This document shows, piece by piece, positions 21,813-32,899 of a stretch of 64,000 bases of DNA. Positions within the stretch are counted from its first letter, which is position 1; each line of letters begins with the position of its first letter. The translations under genes were made by a program, and so were the position numbers. Origin of the DNA: Actinomycetota bacterium (lineage in GTDB: Bacteria; Actinomycetota; Actinomycetes; Nanopelagicales; Nanopelagicaceae); assembly GCA_016870895.1 (NCBI GenBank), contig VGAA01000001.1:13157-77156 (forward strand). The letters are read 5' to 3'. The notes beneath the pieces were generated by a model that saw only the letters and a list, made by a program, of their open reading frames with translations, did no database searches and was not told the DNA's origin.

Positions 21813-22747
21813 TATTAATTCAAGGGCCAGAAGCACTATTAGCTGACCGAGTAATTACTAATATTAGTTCAAGATTTCCTAATTCACAGATTTCAAATTT
21901 GTATGCAGGTGAGCTAGAGGTTGGAATGATCACCGATTCATTGGCTCCTTCTTTATTTGGCGACCAACGCATTGTTATCATTAGAGATACTCAGGATTTA
22001 ACAGCCGAATGTACTGATGAAGTATTGGCTTATTTAGAAGATGAAGACAGTAATTTACTTTTAGTATTGTGGCATAAAGGTGGGGTAAAAGGTAAAGGAT
22101 TAGTAGATAAAGTTAAAAAGCTTCAGCCTGAAGTATTTTCTGCCGAAACAATTAAAAAGGATAGTGAAAAAGCGGAGTTTATCCGGAGTGAATTTCGAGG
22201 ATTCGGGCGAAAAATTACTAATGAGGCAGTTCAGGCATTGATAAATTCTTTAGGTAGTGACTTACGTGAACTAGGTGCTGCATGTTCTCAACTCGCATCT
22301 GATGTTGCTCGTGAAAAAACAATTGATCAAGATGATGTTGCAAAATACCAGCAGGGAAGAGTGGAAAGTACCGGGTTTGATGTAGCAGATGCGGTTGTTG
22401 ATGGTAAAACTGCTGAAGCGCTAATAAGCTTACGTAATGCGCTTGCAACAGGAACAGATCCAGTATTAATCGTTAGTGCCCTCGCTTCTTCATTTAGAAC
22501 TCTTGCGAAGGTATCGGGAAGTTCTAAAAGCCTCAGCTCCTATGAACTCGCTTCATCACTTGCTTTACCGCCTTGGCAAATCGAAAAGGCTAAGCGCCAA
22601 TTATCTGGTTGGAGTGAAAGTGGATTATCAAGAGCAGTGATTGCGCTAGCTGCTCTTGATGCGGATATTAAGGGGGTAGCCGCAGATCCTAAATACGCCC
22701 TTGAAAGGGCTTTAATGACCGTAACTTCAGCAAGGGGAACTCGATGA
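21788..22747 (+). CDS. holA: DNA polymerase III delta subunit
   Basis: PSLFGD, GSDLREL, PPWQIEKA, DADIKG; comEC-holA-rpsT synteny. Confidence 0.93.
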   Translation: MVENQVGLVLIQGPEALLADRVITNISSRFPNSQISNLYAGELEVGMITDSLAPSLFGDQRIVIIRDTQDLTAECTDEVLAYLEDEDSNLLLVLWHKGGVKGKGLVDKVKKLQPEVFSAETIKKDSEKAEFIRSEFRGFGRKITNEAVQALINSLGSDLRELGAACSQLASDVAREKTIDQDDVAKYQQGRVESTGFDVADAVVDGKTAEALISLRNALATGTDPVLIVSALASSFRTLAKVSGSSKSLSSYELASSLALPPWQIEKAKRQLSGWSESGLSRAVIALAALDADIKGVAADPKYALERALMTVTSARGTR

Positions 22748-22835
22748 TAAGGCTCAGTTTGAGGGTAATGACTAGCGCTGATACCCTTGCGATCTTGAAA
22801 TAAGTTTCAATCTAAACGAGAAAAGGTAATCCCAA

Positions 22836-23105
22836 GTGGCAAATATTAAGTCTCAGATTAAGCGAATCCGTACCAACAACAAGGCACAGGATCGAAACCG
22901 GGCTTACCGTTCTGCACTTCGTACTGCAATTCGTAAATTCCGGGAAGCAGTAGCTGCTGGGGATGCTGCAAAGATTAAATCTGAATTCAAAGATGCCTCT
23001 CGTTCATTAGATATGGCAGTTTCAAAAGGTGTAATCCATGCCAATAATGCAGCAAACAAAAAATCAGCGATGGCTAAATTGGCCAACAAAGCTGGTATTC
23101 GTTAA
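22836..23105 (+). CDS. rpsT: 30S ribosomal protein S20
   Basis: [10 protein letters not shown]...[14 protein letters not shown]. Confidence 0.98.
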   Translation: MANIKSQIKRIRTNNKAQDRNRAYRSALRTAIRKFREAVAAGDAAKIKSEFKDASRSLDMAVSKGVIHANNAANKKSAMAKLANKAGIR

Positions 23106-23130
23106 TTTCTTAGACTTTTTTAAGGCATAG

Positions 23131-24996
23131 ATGCCTGCTATTCCAATTACTAAATCTCCACAACCTGCTGCAACCAAACCTGATCAAATAAGAAATTTTT
23201 GCATAATTGCACATATTGATCATGGTAAATCCACACTCGCTGATCGAATGCTCGGAATTACTGGCGTTGTAGAAGATAGAAATATGCGCGCACAGTATTT
23301 AGATCGAATGGATATTGAGCGAGAGCGTGGAATCACAATTAAGAGTCAGGCAGTGCGGTTGCCATGGAGATCTGGTCTAGATAATCAAGATTACATTTTG
23401 AATATGATTGATACGCCAGGCCATGTTGATTTCACTTATGAAGTTTCAAGATCGTTAGCCGCTTGTGAGGGTGCAATTCTGCTTGTCGATTGCGCTCAAG
23501 GTATTGAAGCTCAAACTTTGGCAAATCTTTACCTAGCAATGGAAAATAATTTAACAATAATTCCAGTATTAAACAAGATTGATCTACCTGCCGCACAACC
23601 TGAGAAATTTGCTGAAGAACTTGCCAACCTAATTGGCTGTAAACCAGAGGATTGTTTACGAGTATCCGGTAAAACTGGGGAAGGCGTAGAAGTTCTGTTA
23701 GATCAAATTGTTAAGCAAATACCACCACCGGTTGGTGATCTTAGCGCTGCCACAAGAGCTTTAATCTTTGACTCGGTTTATGATTCATATCGAGGTGTTG
23801 TTACATATGTAAGAGTAGTAGATGGCCATCTATCTCCAAGAGATCAAATTCAAATGTACTCAACTGGTGTGCGCCATGAGATGTTAGAAGTTGGCGTAAT
23901 TTCTCCTGAACCAATGGCCAGTAATGGCCTTGGAGTTGGCGAAGTTGGTTATCTAATTACCGGTGTAAAGGATGTTAGACAGTCTCGAGTGGGAGATACT
24001 GTAACTACATATAACAATCCGGCAAAAATAGCGTTAGCTGGATATAAAGATCCAAAACCAATGGTTTTCTCTGGTCTATTCCCTTTAGATGGCGCTGAGT
24101 ACCCAATGTTGCGCGAGGCGCTTGATAAATTACAATTAAATGATGCTGCTTTAGTATTTGAGCCAGAATCCTCAGCAGCACTTGGCTTTGGATTTAGGTG
24201 TGGATTCTTAGGCCTACTTCATATGGAGATTGTGCGGGAAAGATTAGAAAGAGAAGCCGGATTAACCCTAATTTCAACAGCTCCAAGCGTGGTCTATAAA
24301 GTTACACTTGATGATGGGAAAAAAATAGTTGTTACAAACCCGTCAGAATATCCGGATGGAAAAATTGCAGAGGTTATGGAACCAATTGTTAAGGCAACTA
24401 TTTTAGCCCCAAGTGAGTTTATTGGGACAATAATGGAACTATGCCAGCAGCGACGGGGTGCACAAAAAGGAATGGACTATCTCTCTGAAGATAGAATAGA
24501 AATTCGTTATACATTACCGCTGGCTGAGATAGTCTTTGATTTTTTTGATCAGTTAAAATCCAGAACCCGAGGATATGCCTCTTTAGATTATGAACCGATT
24601 GCTGAAGAAGCAGGAGACTTAGTTAAGGTAGATATTCTTTTGCAAGGTGAGAAAGTTGATGCATTTAGTCAAATAGTTCACCGCGATAAAGCATATGCAT
24701 ATGGGGTATCCATGACTGGAAAATTACGTGACCTAATTCCACGTCAACAGTTTGAAGTACCAATTCAGGCAGCAATCGGTGCCAAGATAATTGCTCGAGA
24801 AAATATTAGGGCTATCAGGAAAGATGTATTAGCTAAATGTTATGGTGGTGATATCACCCGAAAACGTAAACTTTTAGAGAAGCAGAAAGAAGGAAAAAAG
24901 AGAATGAAAATGGTAGGGCGAGTTGAAGTTCCGCAGGAGGCATTTATTGCAGCATTAACAACTGATTCAGATAAAGCGAGCGAAAAGAAGAAATAA
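23131..24996 (+). CDS. lepA: Elongation factor 4
   Basis: [34 protein letters not shown]. Confidence 0.99.
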   Translation: MPAIPITKSPQPAATKPDQIRNFCIIAHIDHGKSTLADRMLGITGVVEDRNMRAQYLDRMDIERERGITIKSQAVRLPWRSGLDNQDYILNMIDTPGHVDFTYEVSRSLAACEGAILLVDCAQGIEAQTLANLYLAMENNLTIIPVLNKIDLPAAQPEKFAEELANLIGCKPEDCLRVSGKTGEGVEVLLDQIVKQIPPPVGDLSAATRALIFDSVYDSYRGVVTYVRVVDGHLSPRDQIQMYSTGVRHEMLEVGVISPEPMASNGLGVGEVGYLITGVKDVRQSRVGDTVTTYNNPAKIALAGYKDPKPMVFSGLFPLDGAEYPMLREALDKLQLNDAALVFEPESSAALGFGFRCGFLGLLHMEIVRERLEREAGLTLISTAPSVVYKVTLDDGKKIVVTNPSEYPDGKIAEVMEPIVKATILAPSEFIGTIMELCQQRRGAQKGMDYLSEDRIEIRYTLPLAEIVFDFFDQLKSRTRGYASLDYEPIAEEAGDLVKVDILLQGEKVDAFSQIVHRDKAYAYGVSMTGKLRDLIPRQQFEVPIQAAIGAKIIARENIRAIRKDVLAKCYGGDITRKRKLLEKQKEGKKRMKMVGRVEVPQEAFIAALTTDSDKASEKKK

Positions 24997-26142
24997 TTGA
25001 AACTGGCATTTTATATACATGTTCCGTATTGCAGTAAGCGCTGCGGATATTGCGACTTTAATACCTATACACCTTCTGAGCTTAAGATAACATCAGGTCT
25101 AGATGGGATTTCAGGTGCTTATATTGATTTAGCGATTCGGGAAATTAATTTAGCAAAAAACAAAATAGGCCAGGATATAACAGTAGGTTCCATATTTTTT
25201 GGTGGTGGAACTCCATCATTGATGCAGCCATTAGACATCGGGAAAGTAATCAATAAAATTAAATCAGATTTTCACTTAACTGATAGCGCCGAAATTACGT
25301 TAGAAGTAAATCCAGACTCAGTTGATAAATATAAGTTGAGTAAATTTCTTGAGGTTGGAGTAAATAGACTTTCATTTGGAATGCAATCTGCCGTACCACA
25401 TGTGCTAAAAACTTTAGATAGAACTCACAATCCTGAGAATTTAATAAAGGTTACTGGTTGGGCAAAAGAATTAGGGTTCAATGAGATCTCAGTTGATCTA
25501 ATCTATGGCACACCAGGAGAGAGCATGCAAGATTGGCAACAATCAATTGATTCTGCAATATCTCTTCCGATTTCTCATATTTCTGCTTATGCCCTAATAG
25601 TGGAGCCTGGAACTAAACTAGCGGCTCAAATAAAACGAGGCGATATCGAACAACTTGATGATGACTTGACTGCCGAGAAGTATATAGTGGCAGATAAATC
25701 CTTCTCTACTGCAGGATTTCACTGGTATGAATTAAGTAATTGGGCAAAGAATGACTCAAAAAGCCAACACAATCTTTCTTACTGGAATGGAGAAAATTGG
25801 TGGGGGATAGGTCCCGGAGCGCATTCACATATTAATGGTGACAGATTTTGGAATGTGAAGCATCCCAACACTTACAAGGAAAAATTACAAAAAAATGAAT
25901 TGCCGATCCAAGACTTTGAGATTTTACAAGCTTCGCAAATTGAAAGTGAGCGTTTAATGCTTTCAATCAGATTAACAGGTGGAATTGAAACTAAAAGTTT
26001 GAATAACCAGCAAATTCAGGATTTATCCACGTATGTAAAAACCGGACACCTTAATCTATCGGACTGGCAAAATGGCAGAGCCACACTGACCTTAAATGGC
26101 AGACTCATTGCTGATCGAATAGTCCGAGAAATCCTCTTGTAG
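24997..26142 (+). CDS. hemW: Radical SAM heme chaperone HemW (HemN-like)
   Basis: YIHVPYC..RCGYCDF, GGGTPS, YELSNW, HNLSYW. Confidence 0.93.
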   Translation: MKLAFYIHVPYCSKRCGYCDFNTYTPSELKITSGLDGISGAYIDLAIREINLAKNKIGQDITVGSIFFGGGTPSLMQPLDIGKVINKIKSDFHLTDSAEITLEVNPDSVDKYKLSKFLEVGVNRLSFGMQSAVPHVLKTLDRTHNPENLIKVTGWAKELGFNEISVDLIYGTPGESMQDWQQSIDSAISLPISHISAYALIVEPGTKLAAQIKRGDIEQLDDDLTAEKYIVADKSFSTAGFHWYELSNWAKNDSKSQHNLSYWNGENWWGIGPGAHSHINGDRFWNVKHPNTYKEKLQKNELPIQDFEILQASQIESERLMLSIRLTGGIETKSLNNQQIQDLSTYVKTGHLNLSDWQNGRATLTLNGRLIADRIVREILL

Positions 26143-26154
26143 TAGCGTTGGTAT

Positions 26155-27168
26155 ATGAGTAAAAGTATGCAGGGTCGGCAGCTTAAGATTCTAAAGGCCA
26201 TTGTTGATGAATATGTGGCAACTGAAGAACCCGTTGGATCTAAAACTTTAGCGAGTCGATCAGGACTAGGTGTGTCGCCAGCAACAATTAGAAATGAAAT
26301 GGCTGTGCTGGAAGATGCCGGTTTAATAACCCAGCCACATACAAGTGCGGGCCGAATTCCAACAAATAAAGGTTACAGAGTTTTTGTGGATCAACTTTCA
26401 GAGATCAAACCGCTTTCAACCCCCGAAAGGAAAGCAATTGAGAATTTTCTAGACGGAGCAACTGATTTAGATGATGTCATTTCTAGAACTGTTAAGTTAC
26501 TTGCGCAAGTCACCAAGCAGGTTGCGGTTGTTCAATATCCCTCATTAGTTAAGGCAAAAGTAAGACACATAGAACTAGTTCTTCTAAGTAGTTTTAGATT
26601 AATGGTCATCTTAATCACGGATACTGGAAGAGTTGAACAAAGAATGGTGGAACTTCCATTTGATATTACGGAGGGTTCACTAGCAGACTTGCACAAAAAA
26701 TTGAACGACAAAATTGCAAATCAATCACTTTCGAATGTAGCAAGTAAATTAGAAGGAGTAATTAACAATTATTCTGGTAATGATAAATCTAATGTAGTTG
26801 TGATAATTACCACAATAATTGAAATGGCAATCGAACAACCAGAAGAAAAAGTTGTTTATGCAGGAACGTCAAATTTAGCGCGAGCGAATCAAGATCTTTC
26901 TAGTAGCATGCAATCTATTTTAGAAGCCTTAGAGGAGCAAGTAGTTTTATTAAGGTTACTGTCAGGCTCTAATTCCTCAGTGAGAGTTAAGATAGGAGAT
27001 GAGCAAAGTGAAAAAGGTTTCAAAAATACAAGTCTTGTCACTGTCGGTTATGCCGAAGTTGGAGCACTAGGAATACTAGGTCCTACTAGAATGGATTATG
27101 CATCCTCAATTAGTGCAGTAAATGCTGTTGCAAATTATGTTGGTCGATTCTTAACTGCGAACAAATAA
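26155..27168 (+). CDS. hrcA: Heat-inducible transcription repressor
   Basis: [31 protein letters not shown]. Confidence 0.97.
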   Translation: MSKSMQGRQLKILKAIVDEYVATEEPVGSKTLASRSGLGVSPATIRNEMAVLEDAGLITQPHTSAGRIPTNKGYRVFVDQLSEIKPLSTPERKAIENFLDGATDLDDVISRTVKLLAQVTKQVAVVQYPSLVKAKVRHIELVLLSSFRLMVILITDTGRVEQRMVELPFDITEGSLADLHKKLNDKIANQSLSNVASKLEGVINNYSGNDKSNVVVIITTIIEMAIEQPEEKVVYAGTSNLARANQDLSSSMQSILEALEEQVVLLRLLSGSNSSVRVKIGDEQSEKGFKNTSLVTVGYAEVGALGILGPTRMDYASSISAVNAVANYVGRFLTANK

Positions 27169-27172
27169 GTTT

Positions 27173-28279
27173 ATGTCAGAATTATATGAAACTCTAGGAG
27201 TTGACCGTGACGCAAGCTTTGATGAAATAAAAAAAGCTTATCGAAAACTTGCACGTAGCTATCACCCAGATGTTAATCCAGATCCAAAGATGGCAGAAAA
27301 GTTCAAAGAAATTACTGTTGCCTATGAAATTTTAAGTGACCCAGAAAAGCGTCAGAACTATGACTTAGGTGGTAACGGGTTTAGTGGTTTCGGTGGTGGT
27401 AGCGGTTTTGGATTTAGCGACATTATGGATGCATTTTTCGGAGGTGGACAACAGCGGGGCCCTCGGCCAAGAAATCGGCCAGGTCAAGACGCCTTAATTA
27501 GAGTTGAGGTAGATCTATTCGAAGCAACATTTGGTTGTGATCGAGAACTAAATGTAGAAACTGCAGTTATCTGCAATAGATGCAATGGATCAGGATGTGC
27601 CAACAACGCTAAGCCGAGAACATGTGAGGTTTGCAAAGGCCGGGGAGAAACTCAACAAGTTGCTAGATCTATTCTGGGTCAGGTAATGACTAGCCGACCA
27701 TGTAATAGCTGCCAAGGATTTGGTTCTATCATTTCTGATCCCTGTGGCGAGTGTTCTGGCGACGGTCGAGTTAGAGCTAAAAAAAGCATTCCTGTAAAAA
27801 TACCTGCTGGAGTTGAAACAGGAAACCGTATTCAATTAAATGGTCAGGGAGAAGTAGGTCCTGGTGGCGGTTCTCCCGGTGATCTTTATGTTGAAATTGT
27901 TGAGACTCCACATGAATACATAATTCGGGAAGAAAATAATCTACATATTTCAATTTCAATTCCTATGACGTCTGCTGCACTTGGCACTAAAGTTTTCATT
28001 GATACATTAGATGGAAAACAAGAAATTGAAATTAAAGAGGGCACTCAAAGCGGTTCAGTTGTTTTACTAAGAGGCTTAGGGGTTACAAAACTAAGAGGAT
28101 CGGGCCGGGGAGATTTAATAGTTCATATACAAGTATTAACCCCGACGAAGTTGAGTAAGGAGCAAAGTGAATTACTGAAGAAAATTTCTGATATTCGTAA
28201 CGAGGGTCTAGATAAAGTGAAAATTAACACTAATGAAAACCAAGGTTTCTTTGATAAAGTTAAAAGAGTTTTTAAATAG
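27173..28279 (+). CDS. dnaJ: Chaperone DnaJ (DnaJ2 type)
   Basis: J domain HPD; four CxxCxGxG repeats. Confidence 0.97.
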   Translation: MSELYETLGVDRDASFDEIKKAYRKLARSYHPDVNPDPKMAEKFKEITVAYEILSDPEKRQNYDLGGNGFSGFGGGSGFGFSDIMDAFFGGGQQRGPRPRNRPGQDALIRVEVDLFEATFGCDRELNVETAVICNRCNGSGCANNAKPRTCEVCKGRGETQQVARSILGQVMTSRPCNSCQGFGSIISDPCGECSGDGRVRAKKSIPVKIPAGVETGNRIQLNGQGEVGPGGGSPGDLYVEIVETPHEYIIREENNLHISISIPMTSAALGTKVFIDTLDGKQEIEIKEGTQSGSVVLLRGLGVTKLRGSGRGDLIVHIQVLTPTKLSKEQSELLKKISDIRNEGLDKVKINTNENQGFFDKVKRVFK

Positions 28280-28992
28280 TGTCTAATTTATTTTTTGTCG
28301 ATAAAATAAGCACTGGAAATATACAAAATATTGAAAATGAAGAAGCTCATCATGCAATAAAAGTTTTAAGATTATCTGTTGGAGAATTAGTTTATGTATC
28401 TGATGGTCACGGAAAATGGATATCAGGACCTATATCGGAGATTAGTAAGAAATCTCTTGCAATAAAAATAGAAAATACAGGTGAGACTCATACCGAAAAA
28501 CCGGAATTGGTAGTAATCCAAGCCTTTACAAAGTCAGATAGAAATAAGGAAATGCTTGAGCTGGTTACGGTTTCAGGTGCTGATCGAATCATTCCTTGGA
28601 GCTCACAGCGTTCAATTAGCAAGTGGCAATCAGATTCGCGCGAAAAATGGATGATTACGGTTAAGGAAGCCTGTAAGCAGTCAAAGAGATTTAGATTACC
28701 CATAGTTGATAACCAGATGAGTACTGATGAGATTCTTAATGAGATAAAAATAGGATTTGCAATAGTTTGTCATGAATCTGCAAAAGAAAAATTCAGCGAA
28801 ATATCATTTCCGGTGAATTTAGATAGAATATATCTGATAATTGGCCCAGAAGGGGGAATAACAGAGAAGGAGCTTCAACTGTTTTCCACTATTAATGCAA
28901 CCGTAGTCAGATTGGGTGCTCCTATCCTTCGTTCTGCACATGCTGGTTTTGCGGCTATGTCTGCATTGCAAACTAAAATTGGTAGGTGGTAG
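28279..28992 (+). CDS. rsmE: 16S rRNA m3U1498 methyltransferase
   Basis: HHAIKVLR, EACKQS.R, IGPEGG, LGAPILR. Confidence 0.93.
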   Translation: MSNLFFVDKISTGNIQNIENEEAHHAIKVLRLSVGELVYVSDGHGKWISGPISEISKKSLAIKIENTGETHTEKPELVVIQAFTKSDRNKEMLELVTVSGADRIIPWSSQRSISKWQSDSREKWMITVKEACKQSKRFRLPIVDNQMSTDEILNEIKIGFAIVCHESAKEKFSEISFPVNLDRIYLIIGPEGGITEKELQLFSTINATVVRLGAPILRSAHAGFAAMSALQTKIGRW

Positions 28993-28994
28993 TA

Positions 28995-29330
28995 ATGGAT
29001 TGTCTATTTTGTAAAATTGTAATTGGGTCGATTCCGGCTGAAATAGTAAAAAAGTCAGATCGAGTTACTGCTTTTAAAGATATCTCCCCACAAGCACCAA
29101 TACATGTATTAGTTATTCCCAACCAACATTTTGAAAATATGGCCAAAGTTGCAGAATTTGATTTGGCATTGGTGGGTGAAATTTTCGATATGGCATCTAG
29201 CGTAGCCAAGGATTTTGGGATTGACAGTTACCGAACCAATATAAATACGGGAGAGAGTGCTGGTCAATCTGTTTTCCACGCTCATTTACACCTACTAGGT
29301 GGCCGAACATTCGCTTGGCCACCCGGTTAA
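28995..29330 (+). CDS. HIT (histidine triad) nucleotide-binding protein
   Basis: DCLFCKI, GQSVFHAHLHLLGG. Confidence 0.93.
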   Translation: MDCLFCKIVIGSIPAEIVKKSDRVTAFKDISPQAPIHVLVIPNQHFENMAKVAEFDLALVGEIFDMASSVAKDFGIDSYRTNINTGESAGQSVFHAHLHLLGGRTFAWPPG

Positions 29331-29346
29331 ATATAGAATTAGATTA

Positions 29347-30345
29347 ATGGAGCCCAAAGTAATCACGGTACCAACCAATTTTCCTATGGTTGCCCTTGTC
29401 GGACCAAATGATTCCTACCTTAGAATTATTGAGAAGCAATTTCCTCAACTTTCGATCACTTTAAGAGGAAATGAAATATATGTAAAAGGCGACGCCGAAA
29501 AAGTAACTTTATTCTCAACACTTATAAATGAGTTGATCGCACTTTTGCGTTTAGGTCAAAATTTAAACGTAGACATGGTGAGCAGATCTATCTCTATGTT
29601 AACCCAGGATCCATCAGAACACCCTGCTGAAGTCTTATCATTAAATATTCTCAGTAATCGCGGCAAGACAATACGACCTAAAACTTCAAATCAGAAAAAA
29701 TATGTTGATGCCATTGATTCAAATACAATTACTTTTGGAATTGGTCCGGCTGGTTCCGGAAAAACATATTTAGCAATGGCTAAAGCGATTCAATCACTAC
29801 AGGCAAAGCAAGTTAATAGAATTATTCTGACTAGGCCGGCAGTTGAGGCCGGTGAAAGATTGGGTTTTCTGCCTGGAACTTTGCACGAAAAAATTGATCC
29901 TTATCTCAGGCCACTTTTTGACGCGCTTCACGACATGATTGATCAAGATGCTATCCCTAGATTAATGACCTCTGGAATTATCGAGGTTGCTCCACTTGCA
30001 TATATGCGTGGTAGAACTTTAAATGATGCCTTTATAATTCTTGATGAAGCACAAAATACAACTGCAGAGCAAATGAAAATGTTTCTAACTAGATTAGGCT
30101 TTGGATCAAAAATGGTAGTTACCGGCGACATAACTCAAGTAGATTTACCAAATAATTCACAATCTGGATTAAAAATTGTGCCAGACATACTAAAAGAAGT
30201 TGAGGATATATCCTTCATTGATCTAACGGCAGAAGATGTTGTTAGAAATAGGCTAGTTAGTGAAATAGTTACAGCTTATGGAAATTGGGATGAGAATATT
30301 TCAAAGTCAACATTTCCAATAAGAAGCGGAAAAGGTGATCGCTAA
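29347..30345 (+). CDS. phoH: PhoH-family ATPase (YbeZ-like)
   Basis: GPAGSGKT, RPAVEAGERLGFLPG, YMRGRTL, DEAQN; start set at ATG 29347 after TAGAAT. Confidence 0.95.
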   Translation: MEPKVITVPTNFPMVALVGPNDSYLRIIEKQFPQLSITLRGNEIYVKGDAEKVTLFSTLINELIALLRLGQNLNVDMVSRSISMLTQDPSEHPAEVLSLNILSNRGKTIRPKTSNQKKYVDAIDSNTITFGIGPAGSGKTYLAMAKAIQSLQAKQVNRIILTRPAVEAGERLGFLPGTLHEKIDPYLRPLFDALHDMIDQDAIPRLMTSGIIEVAPLAYMRGRTLNDAFIILDEAQNTTAEQMKMFLTRLGFGSKMVVTGDITQVDLPNNSQSGLKIVPDILKEVEDISFIDLTAEDVVRNRLVSEIVTAYGNWDENISKSTFPIRSGKGDR

Positions 30346-30368
30346 TTACTCATTTATGAGTAGCAGAT

Positions 30369-30806
30369 ATGAAGATAGATTTGGAGAATAAAACTAATTA
30401 TCAAATAGATGAGGCACGCCTCATCTCACTAGCTGATTTTTCTTTGACTAAATTAGGCATACATCCTGATTCAGAGCTAGGAATTAGAATTGTTAACGAA
30501 ATTGAAATGGAAGAACTTCACCAGAAGTGGATGAATCTCTCAGGTGCAACAGATGTAATGTCTTTCCCGATGGATGAGATTAAGCCAGACAGCGCTTCAA
30601 ATGGTCCTGGAATTATTGGGGACATAGTTTTGTGTCCAGAGTTTGCAGCAAAAAATGGGAAACAATCTACTGACCTAGAAATTGAACTACTGACGGTTCA
30701 TGGCGTGCTTCATCTACTCGGATTTGATCACGAGGAGATTGAAGATGAATTAGTTATGTTCAAAATGCAGGAAGATTTCCTTAATCAATGGAGAGCACTT
30801 AAATGA
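30369..30806 (+). CDS. ybeY: rRNA maturation endoribonuclease YbeY
   Basis: TDVMSF, HGVLHLLGFDH. Confidence 0.96.
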   Translation: MKIDLENKTNYQIDEARLISLADFSLTKLGIHPDSELGIRIVNEIEMEELHQKWMNLSGATDVMSFPMDEIKPDSASNGPGIIGDIVLCPEFAAKNGKQSTDLEIELLTVHGVLHLLGFDHEEIEDELVMFKMQEDFLNQWRALK

Positions 30807-32098
30807 GTATTGGGACTCTGTTACTAATTATTTTTCTTCTTCTTGTTGCTGGATTTTTGGCAGGAAGTGAATCAGCACTGACATCTCTTTCTCGCCTACT
30901 TATTGAGGAAATAGTTGAATCTAAGCCAAAGTATAAAAAACGCTTTGAAAACTTTGTTGAAAATCCTGCTAGATTTTTAAATGTAATTCTTTTAGTGAGA
31001 AAAACCTGTGAACTAACCGCTACCGCTTTGGTCGCGACCTTTTTTGTTGAACAAAACTCTAATAAAGCGCTAGCCTTATTTGGTGCCATTTCCTTAATGG
31101 TTGCGATTTCGTATGTCATTGTGGGAGTTGGACCACGGACATTGGGTAAACAACATGCAATTAAGTGGGCGCGTCCGGCAATTACATCAGCTGTCTTATT
31201 ATCGAAATTATTAGGCCCATTAACAACACTTTTAATAGGTATTGGAAATGCCATTACCCCTGGCAAAGGATTCAAATCGGGTCCCTTTTCAACAGAAGCT
31301 GAATTTAGAGACATGGTAGATCAAGCAAGTGAGAGTGGGTTTGTTGAGGAATCAGAACGCGAAATGATTCATTCAGTCTTCGATCTTGGCGAAACTTTAG
31401 TTCGAGAATTAATGGTACCCAGAACAGAAATGGTCTGGATAGAGGCGGATAAAACCGTTCGACAAGGATTATCGTTAGCGCTTCGCTCAGGGTTCACGCG
31501 CATTCCAGTCATAGCAGATAACTTAGACAATGTTGTAGGTATCGCTTATGTGAAGGATTTGGCTAAGAGGGTTCATGATAATCCCAACTCGGAATTAAGT
31601 GAGAAAGTTGAGGAACACCTACGTAAAGCAACATTTGTCCCTGAGAATCAAACCGCTGATGACTTGCTTAAACAAATGCAACGCGACCAGATACACATGG
31701 CAATAGTTGTTGATGAATATGGTGGAACTGCTGGAATTATTACAATTGAAGACATATTAGAGGAGATTGTTGGCGAAATATCTGATGAATATGACGATAA
31801 CGAAACAGAAGAAATAGAATGGTTGGACGAAAATAAAGCAAGAATTTCGGCTCGAATTCACGTTGAAGATTTTGCCGAGCAATTTGAGACTAAATTTACC
31901 GAAGACGAAGTCGAAGATGTTGATTCAATTGGTGGACTCATTGCAAAGCATTTAGGCCGTGTGCCAATACCTGGCAGCACAATAATTGTTCCAGGCTGGA
32001 AACTAACAGCAGAGAGGCCGTCAGGTAGGAGGCATCGAATTGCCACTGTATTGGCAGAGAGAATTGCAGAATCAGGAAAGGCAACTGATCAGTTGTAA
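30803..32098 (+). CDS. CNNM/CorC (hemolysin-family) DUF21-CBS-CorC protein
   Basis: N-terminal TMs, [26 protein letters not shown]. Confidence 0.92.
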   Translation: MSIGTLLLIIFLLLVAGFLAGSESALTSLSRLLIEEIVESKPKYKKRFENFVENPARFLNVILLVRKTCELTATALVATFFVEQNSNKALALFGAISLMVAISYVIVGVGPRTLGKQHAIKWARPAITSAVLLSKLLGPLTTLLIGIGNAITPGKGFKSGPFSTEAEFRDMVDQASESGFVEESEREMIHSVFDLGETLVRELMVPRTEMVWIEADKTVRQGLSLALRSGFTRIPVIADNLDNVVGIAYVKDLAKRVHDNPNSELSEKVEEHLRKATFVPENQTADDLLKQMQRDQIHMAIVVDEYGGTAGIITIEDILEEIVGEISDEYDDNETEEIEWLDENKARISARIHVEDFAEQFETKFTEDEVEDVDSIGGLIAKHLGRVPIPGSTIIVPGWKLTAERPSGRRHRIATVLAERIAESGKATDQL

Positions 32099-32107
32099 GA
32101 TGACCTA

Positions 32108-32899
32108 ATGCGTATTGTTAGGTTCTCAGCTCCATCAGAATTAAGTTTTGGTACTGATCCACTCTTTGGCATACTAAATGATAAAGATGTAATTTTACTG
32201 TTACGAGGGGATCCAATATACGCAGGAATAGTCCCACAAGATAAGACTGTTAAATTATCTGAAGTAAAATTATTAGCACCGGTCATACCTAGGAGTAAAG
32301 TTGTTTGTATAGGAAAAAATTATGCAGACCATGCTGCTGAAATGGATTCTGTAGTCCCAACTGAACCAATAGTATTTATCAAACCAAATACAGCAGTAAC
32401 TGGCCCAAATGAAACAATAATGTGGCCAAAAATGAGCGAACGTGTGGACCATGAAGCAGAACTAGCAATTGTCATAAGTAGAATTTGTAAAGAAGTTCCT
32501 GCGGAGAAAGCAACCGATGTTATTTTTGGTTATACATTAGCCAATGATGTGACTGCACGGGACTTGCAGAAAAAAGATGGTCAATGGACTAGAGCCAAAG
32601 GTTTTGACACTTTCTGCCCACTTGGTCCATGGATCGAAACAGAATTTATTCCGGGTGATCAGAAAATAAGTGCTACATTAAATGGAGAAATTAAACAGTC
32701 ATCCATGCTTTCTGAAATGATTTTTAAAGTGCCAAAGATTATTGAATTCGTTACAAATGTGATGACTTTATTACCTGGGGATGTTATTTTGACAGGCACT
32801 CCTGCGGGAATAGGACCAATGCCAGCTGGATCAACAATTGCAATTTCGATTGATGGCTTAGGTACTTTAACAAACAAGGTTTCATCTCGTGCCAACTAA
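32108..32899 (+). CDS. Fumarylacetoacetate hydrolase family protein
   Basis: GKNYADH, EAELAIV, NDVTARD, KGFDTFCPLGP, TGTPAG. Confidence 0.93.
   Translation: MRIVRFSAPSELSFGTDPLFGILNDKDVILLLRGDPIYAGIVPQDKTVKLSEVKLLAPVIPRSKVVCIGKNYADHAAEMDSVVPTEPIVFIKPNTAVTGPNETIMWPKMSERVDHEAELAIVISRICKEVPAEKATDVIFGYTLANDVTARDLQKKDGQWTRAKGFDTFCPLGPWIETEFIPGDQKISATLNGEIKQSSMLSEMIFKVPKIIEFVTNVMTLLPGDVILTGTPAGIGPMPAGSTIAISIDGLGTLTNKVSSRAN

Noticed and set aside
26100-26160. CIRCE operator upstream of hrcA
   Set aside because: No TTAGCACTC-N9-GAGTGCTAA-like inverted repeat is visible
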